NCBI GenBank assembly: GCA_945897715.1
Contig: CAMDFS010000001.1
Span: 1-45,416, forward strand
DNA: 45,416 nt
Origin: Chlamydia trachomatis
GTDB taxonomy: Bacteria; Chlamydiota; Chlamydiia; Chlamydiales; 2-12-FULL-49-11
Direction of reading: 5' to 3'
Part shown: piece after piece, positions 25,238-33,280 of the stretch
How positions within the stretch are numbered: position 1 is the stretch's first letter
How the letters are laid out: every line of letters starts with the position of its first letter
The notes under the pieces: generated by a model
Told to the model about the DNA's origin: nothing
The model's input: the letters and a program-made list of their open reading frames with translations, nothing else
The model's database searches: none
Program-made: the position numbers and the translations under genes

Positions 25238-26654
25238 AATCTAAAACTTTCCAGCTAGGTTTTTTATAAGAGTGAATGATCAAAGGGATTCCACACATTA
25301 CTATAAGACCAATAATAAGGAATGCTTCATAAATAATTGGGCTCCCTATCTCAATTTGAGATGGCGGGATAAATACTAGTAAGAATCCAAAAATACAAGC
25401 TAAAATTCCAAAAATAGATACAATCCAGATTCCTTTATGAGGGTGAGGGATCTTATAGGCCCTTGGAACCTTAGGGTGAGAGTATCTAAGCTTAATAGCT
25501 GCTAGAAACATCAGGATATACATGATGAGGTACAATTGAGTGCTTAGAGCTGTTAAAATCCAGTAGGCACTACTTAAATTTGGCATGAAAATAAATACAA
25601 AAGAGACAATAGTTACAATAATCCCTTGAAAGAAAAGAATATTTATAGGGACATTGTTTTTATTAACCACTTGAAAGTAGGGAGGTAGATTCCCATGTTC
25701 TGTAGTAGTATATAAAGCTTTTACTGGCCCAATAATCCAAGCATTAACCTCTCCAATTGCTCCAACAACTAAAAGAATTCCTAAAAGGGGTAGAAGGAAG
25801 GTAAGGTGGTAGTTGTTTAGAAAAATTTGTAGTGCTTCCATCAATCCAGCTACTAAGTTCACCTGATCTTTAGGGATAACAACAGCAATTGCTAAAGAAC
25901 CTAACATAAAAAGAAAGAAAGTGATAAGTGCTGCATAGATAATCCCTTTAGGATAATTCTTTTGCGGATTTTTTACTTCACTTGCATAACCAGAGGAGAC
26001 TTCAAGTCCTGCAAAAGCAAGAAATAGACCACCTAAAAAGACAAAATTTTGTAATTTTGAAAAATTAGGGATAAATTCTTCCCACGAAAACCCTATTTGA
26101 GAGGGATTTCCTGTACTTACCCACAAAGTTGCTAAAAAAATAAGAAAAACACCTGGAACAATAGTCCCTGCAATCACCCCTAATGTAGAAAACCATGCCG
26201 ATACTTTAATACCATAAAAATTAAGGATGGTCATCCCCCAGAAACTTACTAGGACAACTCCTAATACATAATAGGCATTAGTTGCAAACGGTGGATAAAA
26301 AACATAGGCCATCGTTGTTGCTACAAAAGATAGGATCGCTGGATACCAAGCAACACTATGAATCCACTGTAGCCAAATCGCAAAAAACCCCCAATTATCT
26401 CCAAAAGCTTCTCGAACCCAAATGTAAATCCCCCCTGATTTAGGCCAGCCAGTAGCAAGTTCAGCAGAGACAAGCGCACAAGGGAGTAGAAAAAAAACCC
26501 CAACAACAATGAATAAAAAAAGTGCTGAGAATCCATAAGTTGCCACAAGGGGCAAATTACGTAAGGATGCCATGATGGCAACATTTAACATAACAAGAAT
26601 AAATACTGAGATTACTCTCTTTTCACCTTTTTTTGGCGCATCTGATAATTCCAT
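25224..26654 (-). CDS. APC-family amino-acid permease, GadC (glutamate:GABA antiporter)-like, copy 1
   Basis: 476 aa, 12 TM. SAELATGWPKSGGIYIWV, and C-terminal PRAYKIPHPHKGIW...FIPPSQI, which parallels E. coli GadC LKRTFNIPGG...FLPPDNI (from memory). Confidence 0.85.
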   Translation of the reverse strand: MELSDAPKKGEKRVISVFILVMLNVAIMASLRNLPLVATYGFSALFLFIVVGVFFLLPCALVSAELATGWPKSGGIYIWVREAFGDNWGFFAIWLQWIHSVAWYPAILSFVATTMAYVFYPPFATNAYYVLGVVLVSFWGMTILNFYGIKVSAWFSTLGVIAGTIVPGVFLIFLATLWVSTGNPSQIGFSWEEFIPNFSKLQNFVFLGGLFLAFAGLEVSSGYASEVKNPQKNYPKGIIYAALITFFLFMLGSLAIAVVIPKDQVNLVAGLMEALQIFLNNYHLTFLLPLLGILLVVGAIGEVNAWIIGPVKALYTTTEHGNLPPYFQVVNKNNVPINILFFQGIIVTIVSFVFIFMPNLSSAYWILTALSTQLYLIMYILMFLAAIKLRYSHPKVPRAYKIPHPHKGIWIVSIFGILACIFGFLLVFIPPSQIEIGSPIIYEAFLIIGLIVMCGIPLIIHSYKKPSWKVLDSIRD

Positions 26655-26971
26655 GAGGGTTCCTTATTGGTATATAGGTTTTTATTGTTTCATACAGTGC
26701 TTTTTAATTGATAGCAATTTCAATTTTTCAGTTGTTTTAGTATATATTCACAAACCTTTATCCATCAAGTGTTTTGCTATTTTTGCACAATTTGATGCTA
26801 ATTTTTATTATTTTAAAAGGCCTTTGATTCAATTGTAATATGTTGTTGTTAAATAAGATAAAAGAAAAACATCATTTACTAGCTTTTAAACCACTTATAT
26901 TCATAGTTAATAGGTAGAAGAAAAGACAATAACACTTTTCGAGCTTATATAAGTCAAATTAGGAGAAAATA

Positions 26972-27241
26972 ATGAACGGAAAAAAAAGATACGCTAAACT
27001 AAGTGCTAAAAAAACTGGTAAAAAATTTAGCATAACAAGAGGAATTAAAAATTTTGCAAAAAAATGTTTTATGTGGTTATTTGGTAGCTACAAAAATACT
27101 TCTTCATACAGTAATACTACAGTGAAAAAAGTAGCTAGCCCGAAGAGAAAAGCTACTAATAAGAAGAAAACAATATCTAAAAAAATTGTGTTGCTCAAGA
27201 AGAAAAAAACAAAAGCTTCTTCTTATAGAAAAGTTGCCTAG
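26972..27241 (+). CDS. small lysine-rich, highly basic protein (hypothetical)
   Basis: 89 aa, about one third Lys/Arg. Good SD (AGGAGAAAATAATG) and a canonical terminator directly downstream. Confidence 0.6.
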   Translation: MNGKKRYAKLSAKKTGKKFSITRGIKNFAKKCFMWLFGSYKNTSSYSNTTVKKVASPKRKATNKKKTISKKIVLLKKKKTKASSYRKVA

Positions 27242-27250
27242 TCGTAGTAA

Positions 27251-27290
27251 AAAATGACCTGAAGATTGAATTTTCAGGTCATTTTTTTTA
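27251..27290 (+). terminator. rho-independent terminator
   Basis: ATGACCTGAA (27254-27263) pairs with TTCAGGTCAT (27273-27282). 9-nt loop, followed by T8 (27282-27289). Confidence 0.85.
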
Positions 27291-27669
27291 CTTTAATTCA
27301 ATAATATTTCGTAAAGAAATGTAAAATTTTGAAAAAAGGAATGTTTTTTATTTCTAACTCGTTTTTTTGTAAAAATTTTTTTTCCAGATAGTGAAAAAAA
27401 ACAAGAAAAATTCAATATAACTACCTCATTAAGAACACATTGTATAGCACCTGCCAACCAACTCACCCTTAACAAGTTTTGTAACTTGTTGATTATTAGA
27501 CTTTAAATCTCTAAAAAAAAGATGCAAAAAATGAAAAAACCAAATGATGTGAAAAAAACTTTTAAAATACTTCCGTTTTAATCCAAATCAAAAAATGCCT
27601 TCACAGAGTTGTTTCAGTGATAAAATGAATTTATTTTTTGAGTCGTTAATTTAGTGTTTAAATGTTTTT

Positions 27670-27698
27670 TTGTATTTAAATTTATAATTAACTATATT
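27670..27698 (+). promoter_or_regulatory. candidate sigma70/66-type promoter upstream of the histone-like gene
   Basis: TTGTAT-N17-TATATT lies about 90 nt upstream of the ATG at 27788. This is a weak call because such matches are common in AT-rich DNA. Confidence 0.25.
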
Positions 27699-27787
27699 CA
27701 CAAATAAGAAAGAAAAGGATAGTGATTTCAGATATCTGTTTTACTTTCTCATTAACTGCAATTAATTTCAGACATGAAGGAGAAAAT

Positions 27788-28198
27788 ATGGAAGCAAAAA
27801 GAAAAGCAGTAGCAAAAAGAAAGCCTGCTGCAAAAAGAAAGCCTGCTGCTAAGAAGCCTGTAGCAGAGCAATCAGTAGCTAAAGACGAATCAGTAAAAAA
27901 AGTAGCTGCAAAAAGAAAAGTAGCTGCAAAAAGAAAAGTAGTAGCTAAAAAAACTACTGCTAAAAAAGCTACTGTTAAAAAAACTACAGTTAAAAAAGCT
28001 ACTGTTAAAAAAGCTACTGTTAAAAAAGCTTCAGTTAAAAAAGCAGCTCCAAAAAGAAAGACAGCTGTGAAAAAAGCTGCTCCAAAAAGAAAAGTAGCAA
28101 AAAGAACAACACGAAAAGCAACTACTAAGGCAAAAGCAGCTCCTAAAAAATCAGCTAGTGCAAAAAAAAGAGTAGTTAGAAGAAAAGCAAAAAAATAA
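27788..28198 (+). CDS. hctB: histone H1-like, Lys/Ala-rich nucleoid protein (chlamydial Hc2/HctB-like)
   Basis: 136 aa from the ATG behind AAGGAG. Composed of KRKPAA, VAAKRK, (A/T)TVKK and AAPKRK repeats. The composition and repeat style match chlamydial Hc2. The track ORF start at 27722 lacks an RBS. Confidence 0.8.
   Translation: MEAKRKAVAKRKPAAKRKPAAKKPVAEQSVAKDESVKKVAAKRKVAAKRKVVAKKTTAKKATVKKTTVKKATVKKATVKKASVKKAAPKRKTAVKKAAPKRKVAKRTTRKATTKAKAAPKKSASAKKRVVRRKAKK
27953..28042 (+). repeat. in-frame tandem 15-bp repeat (6 units) inside hctB-like gene
   Basis: The units are ACTACTGCTAAAAAA, GCTACTGTTAAAAAA, ACTACAGTTAAAAAA, GCTACTGTTAAAAAA x2 and GCTTCAGTTAAAAAA. Also an 18-bp GTAGCTGCAAAAAGAAAA x2 at 27902-27937. 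Confidence 0.9.
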
Positions 28199-28223
28199 GC
28201 TAAGGCTTAAGCTTTTGTGACAG

Positions 28224-28255
28224 ACTAAGAGGTGATGAGCCTCTTAGTTTTTTTT
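28224..28255 (+). terminator. rho-independent terminator of hctB-like gene, overlapping the stop of the convergent PAP2 gene
   Basis: ACTAAGAGG (28224-28232) pairs with CCTCTTAGT (28240-28248). 7-nt loop, then T8. Confidence 0.8.
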
Positions 28256-28786
28256 ATGCAAATAATATTTTTTGTGAGAAATACTGGAAAGTAGGGTCGA
28301 AATAAAAATTCCAATAGCAAATCCAGCAAAAACATCTGTTGCAAAATGCTCTCTTAAAGAGAGTCTTGTGACCATGATTACAATTGGATAGAAAAAGATT
28401 AAGCGACTAAATCCAAATAGATTGTGCAAAGTATGGGCAAAAGCTGCCGCAATTGCTGCATGGCTAGAGGGAAAAGATAAAAAGGCATGTTTAACCGTAA
28501 AAAAAGTAAATCCCACAATATTTTCATCCATTAAGAGCGGCCTAGCTCTCCCACATAGGATTTTAAGAATTCCACAGCAGAGCATAACAAGATTTGTTAG
28601 GACAAAAAAGTAGAAAGGTTTGGATAAAACCCCTGAAATTTTATCCTTTAACAAGAGAACAAAGGACAATAGACCAAAAAATAGAAGCATGATTTTAGGA
28701 TCAGCGCAAAGAGTTAGGATCTTTAAAAAAAAGAGATGAAAATGGGGAGTGTTTTGAAAAAAGAAGAGGTCAAAAGCATTTAACAT
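28244..28786 (-). CDS. PAP2-family lipid phosphatase
   Basis: 180 aa membrane protein. All three PAP2 motifs are present: KILCGRARP, PSSH, and TRLSLREHFATD (R-x5-H-x3-D). Confidence 0.88.
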   Translation of the reverse strand: MLNAFDLFFFQNTPHFHLFFLKILTLCADPKIMLLFFGLLSFVLLLKDKISGVLSKPFYFFVLTNLVMLCCGILKILCGRARPLLMDENIVGFTFFTVKHAFLSFPSSHAAIAAAFAHTLHNLFGFSRLIFFYPIVIMVTRLSLREHFATDVFAGFAIGIFISTLLSSISHKKYYLHKKN

Positions 28787-28848
28787 ATTTTGTAGTATGC
28801 TTGAATTGAAGTTTTAATGTATACTTCTTTAAAAAAAATAAGGGCTCT

Positions 28849-29547
28849 ATGAATAAGGTATTCTTAAGTTGTTTCGTATTTCTATTTTGTATTGCTGAGC
28901 AAATAACACCAATAGATTTTTCCTACTTGAAGGAAAAGATGCCAAAACTCAATCCACAGCTTCTTGATATTCATATAAAGCTCTATGAAGGGTATGTACA
29001 GCAGGTGAATTTCATAGACGAAAGTAGCAATAAAAGTTCTGATCCTTTTATGAAGCAGTCTCTTAGGAAGCAATATGGATTTGAGTATGATGGAATGAGG
29101 CTTCATGAGTTGTATTTTGGGCAGCTTGGGGGTAAAGGAGATGGCAAGTTAAAGGTAAGAATCCTTAATAAAATTATTGAGCAATATGGCTCTGTAGAAA
29201 ATTTTATCTTGGAAGTAAAAAGTTATGCCAAAACTCGGGGAATAGGCTGGGTGATTTTATTTGGGGACATAAATAATGGGGAATTGAAATTATCTTGGAT
29301 TCAAGAACATGAGAAGGGCTTTTTATCAGGATGGGTTCCAGTTGTGGTGGTTGATCTTTGGGAGCATGCATACATTAGTCAGTTTGCCCTCAATAAAGAC
29401 AGCTATGTAGACCTTTGCTTTGAGTATATCGATTGGAATGTCGTGAATTTAAGGTATACTAATGGATGCAAATCTACAAAAACTGCCTATAAAAAATATT
29501 CTAGGAAGAGTGTTGTAACATCTGAGTCAGAATCAAAAGAGCTCTAA
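28849..29547 (+). CDS. Fe/Mn superoxide dismutase-family protein with signal peptide and C-terminal extension
   Basis: Signal-like MNKVFLSCFVFLFCIAEQ. LDIHIKLYEGYV (cf. HHxKHHxxYV), GMRLHELYFGQLG (cf. NHSLFW), DLWEHAYI and IDWNVV (cf. DVWEHAYY...NW). Confidence 0.65.
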   Translation: MNKVFLSCFVFLFCIAEQITPIDFSYLKEKMPKLNPQLLDIHIKLYEGYVQQVNFIDESSNKSSDPFMKQSLRKQYGFEYDGMRLHELYFGQLGGKGDGKLKVRILNKIIEQYGSVENFILEVKSYAKTRGIGWVILFGDINNGELKLSWIQEHEKGFLSGWVPVVVVDLWEHAYISQFALNKDSYVDLCFEYIDWNVVNLRYTNGCKSTKTAYKKYSRKSVVTSESESKEL

Positions 29548-29618
29548 GAGAATTTTCATTGAAAAAAATGAAGGTTCTGGAATATACTGTAGCCTTTTTT
29601 AATCAAAAGGATACAATT

Positions 29619-30311
29619 ATGGAAAGAACAACCTTTAAAGTCCAACAACAAGAAGCTTCAACAGCAAATAAATTGAATGATTTTTTACCAGGTAGCTATA
29701 AAAAAACAGGAGAATCTTTTTTAAACTATAGACCTAACTCAAATAACCAGCGTCCAAATGAACCGCTTACTGGTCGAGTTACCGCAGAAGAGTCGAGACG
29801 ATCAAAATCTACTCCCACCACTTCAGATGGAGGAGGTGGCAAAGCTTCAAGAGGTAGAGCAGTCACATTACCTGCAACATCTACAAAAACCAGTGATCTA
29901 TCAGATGATAAGGTAATATTGACTAAATTGGAATTCTTTTTCCAAGGAAATGAATTCACAATTAAGTCAGACCGTCTTTCCGATGATCAAAAATCGAAAC
30001 TCAAAATATTAGAGACATTAGCTCGTAGAATATTGGTATATGCTTCTATCATTAATATGACTGCTGAATATGAAGATGAATTGCTCTTTGTAGGCGACAT
30101 CGAGCAAGAGGAAAAAGAGGAAAAATTAAAATTTGCTTCTAGTTGTGCTCGTAAGAAAATTTTTACTCCAATAGATGGTTTAAATATCTCAGAATTTGAT
30201 GGATTAATCAGACATTCAAATCAAGCAAGGGAGCTATTAATACTTATACAGAGAGCTCCTAAGGCACTTGAAGATTTGTTGGATGCTTGTACTTTTTCAT
30301 TTGAAGAATAA
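29619..30311 (+). CDS. hypothetical protein with low-complexity polar N-terminal half
   Basis: Open frame 29559..30311. I prefer the ATG at 29619 (MERTTFKV) over the upstream non-ATG start. The N-terminal ~110 aa are rich in S/T/N/Q/P/G, and the C-terminal half looks helical. No family recognised. Confidence 0.55.
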   Translation: MERTTFKVQQQEASTANKLNDFLPGSYKKTGESFLNYRPNSNNQRPNEPLTGRVTAEESRRSKSTPTTSDGGGGKASRGRAVTLPATSTKTSDLSDDKVILTKLEFFFQGNEFTIKSDRLSDDQKSKLKILETLARRILVYASIINMTAEYEDELLFVGDIEQEEKEEKLKFASSCARKKIFTPIDGLNISEFDGLIRHSNQARELLILIQRAPKALEDLLDACTFSFEE

Positions 30312-30349
30312 GCTTTGACAGTTTGCCTATGATAGTTTAAGTAGAGGGT

Positions 30350-31267
30350 ATGTTTAGAAAACTTCAACTTAAACGGTATGAGAAGGGAGCATTATATATG
30401 GTGCTCTCTTCATTTTTTTCTACCTTATTTGCACTATTTGTAAAAATTGGAGTGGAACATATCTATCTGCCATGGATCTTATTTCTTAGATTTTTTGTTC
30501 CTCTGGTTTTTGTCTCACTTTTCTCACTTCTTAAAAGATCTCTATTAAAAGAGATTAGCTTTAAAGATACAGGAAAACATGCCATAAGATCTTTGGCAGT
30601 GGTCATTTCACAGCTAAGTTTGCTTTATTATTTTACTAAAGGCTCCCTAACTAACGGTGTTATGCTTTGGAATACCGCGCCTATGTTTGTGCCTATTATC
30701 ACCTATATCTTGTTTCGACAAAAAACAAGCGCAGTTGTTTGGTTTAGCTTATTTGTCTCTTTTGCGGGTGTCTTACTTGTCCTAAAGCCAACCAATGATG
30801 TATTTGATCCATTTATTATTTTTGGTTTTATTTCAGGATTTTCTCTCTCTATCTCTCAAGTCTTGAATGGTATGCATAAAGAGACTGATACTTTAATGAA
30901 TAATGTGTTCTTGTTCTTTTTCAATGCATCAGTTTTAACAGGAATTTTGCTCCTTTGCTTTTTAGGCATTGGTGGATTTCATAAGGAGTTTCTTATCACA
31001 TCCGATCATACAATGCTTTACAAAGGATTAATAATTCTCTTTATAGGGATTGGATCGGCAATGAATCAAGTATTACGAGGGGTAGCTTTTACTTTTGCAA
31101 GACCTGATGCTTTATCTCCGTTTATTTATTTATCAGTAGTTTTTTCAGCAATTATTGATTATATACTTCATCCAGGGACTATCCATGGATTTTTATTTAT
31201 TCTCGGTATTGCTTTAATTCTTGTGGGGACTTTAATACCATTAGTTTACACTAAGCAGCTTCCCTAA
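30350..31267 (+). CDS. DMT-superfamily (EamA-like) transporter
   Basis: 305 aa, about 10 hydrophobic helices in two repeated halves. The length and layout fit EamA. No sharper motif was checked. Confidence 0.6.
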   Translation: MFRKLQLKRYEKGALYMVLSSFFSTLFALFVKIGVEHIYLPWILFLRFFVPLVFVSLFSLLKRSLLKEISFKDTGKHAIRSLAVVISQLSLLYYFTKGSLTNGVMLWNTAPMFVPIITYILFRQKTSAVVWFSLFVSFAGVLLVLKPTNDVFDPFIIFGFISGFSLSISQVLNGMHKETDTLMNNVFLFFFNASVLTGILLLCFLGIGGFHKEFLITSDHTMLYKGLIILFIGIGSAMNQVLRGVAFTFARPDALSPFIYLSVVFSAIIDYILHPGTIHGFLFILGIALILVGTLIPLVYTKQLP

Positions 31268-31559
31268 GAAAATCATAGGTTGCTCTACTTGGGGGAATTG
31301 AGGAAAGTGCATTTAGATCTATTAGAGCTTTTAAATACTCTTTATCTTTCAGAAATTTGTCTGCTTCTTTCTTAGTAGTCCAATGAGTGCTAAAAAGAAA
31401 CTCCTCTGTTTCTTCATTATGATAAATACCAGCCCAATTAGCACCATGTCTTAATGCAATAGGTTTAATATTACTCTCCCATATCTGGACGAAAGTTTTT
31501 TCATCCCCTGAATTTGGGTAAAATGTTGCAGTAACTAACACAGTATCTGTAGCTTTCAT
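31251..31559 (-). CDS. small hypothetical protein, possibly ABM/ferredoxin-like fold
   Basis: 102 aa. The pattern VTATFYP...FVQIW....HWTTKKEADKF resembles ABM-domain proteins. This is a weak call. Confidence 0.4.
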   Translation of the reverse strand: MKATDTVLVTATFYPNSGDEKTFVQIWESNIKPIALRHGANWAGIYHNEETEEFLFSTHWTTKKEADKFLKDKEYLKALIDLNALSSIPPSRATYDFLREAA

Positions 31560-31607
31560 ATCTTTTCACCCCTTCTCAACTATCAATACTACTTCTATAG
31601 CAATACT

Positions 31608-32993
31608 TCACAAGTCTTTTGATGAGAATTTCACAAACAAGAGGGGAAGGATGCTTAATAGAATCATAACCCCTATAAGCATAAACTCATAAAAGAAAAT
31701 GTTAGTTATAAGAACTTCCTTAGGTGGAATAAACCCTACGATAAAAGCAAGAGAGGATATGGTAATCCCAAGGCATGCAGTAGTCCATATACCAATATTG
31801 CCACCCGGGATTTTGAAGGTTCTTTTCACATCTTTTTTCTTATAATGGAGGACGATACTTGCCGCAAAAAGGGTAATGTAGACAATCATTGCAAATTGGG
31901 AAGTGATGATGGAGAGAAAGATGAAGGTACTATTTACTGAAGGCATATATAAGTAGAAGAGAGATAGAATTGTAACAATCACACCTTGAGTAAGTAATGC
32001 ATGAACAGGAACACCATGGGAGTTTTGCATGGTGAGATATTTAGGGAGGGTGCCATCTTTAGATGCTACCATAATACCTTTAGTAGGTCCTATGATCCAA
32101 GCACTTACTCCACTTAAAGCACCAATTACAATTGCTCCGGAGACGATATAAATAAAATAAGGGATGTTAAAATAATCAAAATAAATTTGAAAAGCTTGTA
32201 GAACTCCTACGACAAGGTTTAATTCATTGTTTGGAACTACAACAGCGATTGCAAGTGACGCTAGGACTGTTGAGGATAAAATGATGATTACTGAGATAAA
32301 AAGAGCTCTTGGGTAATCCCTTTTTACATCGACCATCTCTCCGGCGTGAGTTGCCACCATTTCAAGACCAAGGAGACCAAATAAAATAGAGCTGAAGTAC
32401 CCAAGTTTATCAAAACAGCAATCAGTTGGAAGTATAGCCGACCATGACATTTCGATAGCAAGAGGGTTGCCGTTTAAATAAAAGAAAATGGATAATACGA
32501 TGATAAAAAACATTGGAAGCAAAGTTCCTAAAGTTGCCCCAACAATGCTTACCCACGCAGAAATCTTCATACCATAACAGTTTAGTATTGTAGCTATCCA
32601 AAATAGGGAAAGGATAACAGAGATGATATAGAACTTATTTTCTGCTAAGGCTGGGTCAATAAGATATGCAGAAACCCCTGCTGTTACACCCATAACGGTT
32701 GGATACCAGGCAAGGTTAAAAATCCAATTTAACCAAATAATCACACTTCCAACACTTTTGCCAAATGCGGCTTTCACCCACACATATAATCCGCCTGTTT
32801 CTGGCCAGGCAGTGCCTAATTCTGCTGAAACAAGGGCACTAGGTATTAAAAAGCATAAACCGCCAATAAGATAATAAAAAATTAATGAAAACCCATATTG
32901 AGCAGAAAGTGGAAGGCTCCGGATACTATCTACTGCAATGATATTTATCATTACAATGGAAAAAAGGGTTAACGTCTTTTTTTTATTATCCAT
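31608..32993 (-). CDS. APC-family amino-acid permease, GadC-like, copy 2
   Basis: 461 aa. SAELGTAWPETGGLYVWV and KRTFKIPGGNIGIW...FIPPKEV. A clear paralogue of 25224..26654. Confidence 0.85.
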   Translation of the reverse strand: MDNKKKTLTLFSIVMINIIAVDSIRSLPLSAQYGFSLIFYYLIGGLCFLIPSALVSAELGTAWPETGGLYVWVKAAFGKSVGSVIIWLNWIFNLAWYPTVMGVTAGVSAYLIDPALAENKFYIISVILSLFWIATILNCYGMKISAWVSIVGATLGTLLPMFFIIVLSIFFYLNGNPLAIEMSWSAILPTDCCFDKLGYFSSILFGLLGLEMVATHAGEMVDVKRDYPRALFISVIIILSSTVLASLAIAVVVPNNELNLVVGVLQAFQIYFDYFNIPYFIYIVSGAIVIGALSGVSAWIIGPTKGIMVASKDGTLPKYLTMQNSHGVPVHALLTQGVIVTILSLFYLYMPSVNSTFIFLSIITSQFAMIVYITLFAASIVLHYKKKDVKRTFKIPGGNIGIWTTACLGITISSLAFIVGFIPPKEVLITNIFFYEFMLIGVMILLSILPLLFVKFSSKDL

Positions 32994-33190
32994 GTTACCT
33001 ACTATAGAAAGTTATGCTTTATATTTCTACAAGCGATTGTATTTTTAGTTTTTTGTCCATAATTGTAGTGATACAAATATAAGAGCAAACATTATTAGAT
33101 TGTAGAGAGTTTTTTATCATGAAAAAAGAATACACTTAAGGGTGAATTAATACAATAGAGTTCTTTGGAAAAAATAAATAAATTAAAGAG

Positions 33191-33265
33191 TCGGGGTAGA
33201 GGGATTCGAACCCCCGACCCTCTGGTCCCAAACCAGATGCGCTAGCCAAGCTGCGCTATACCCCG
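33191..33265 (-). tRNA. tRNA-Pro (anticodon UGG)
   Basis: The reverse complement CGGGGTATAGCGCAGCTTGGCTAGCGCATCTGGTTTGGGACCAGAGGGTCGGGGGTTCGAATCCCTCTACCCCGA folds as a cloverleaf. The anticodon loop is TTTGGGA. No encoded CCA. Confidence 0.93.
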
Positions 33266-33280
33266 AAAAAGAATGCATTA

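Noticed and set aside
27293-27475. 60-aa minus-strand ORF in the long spacer upstream of hctB-like.
   Set aside because: It has no RBS, a low-complexity Phe/Lys-rich translation typical of AT-rich non-coding DNA, and no motif.
27600-27787. Sigma28-type promoter (TAAAGTTT-N-GCCGATA), expected by analogy with C. trachomatis hctB.
   Set aside because: I could not find a GCCGATA-like -10 element or a convincing -35 partner in the spacer. Only a weak sigma70-like candidate was recorded.
27953-28042. Short tandem repeats that might be mistaken for a CRISPR array.
   Set aside because: The units are contiguous 15-mers with no spacers. They are in frame and encode the xTVKK repeats of a Lys-rich protein.
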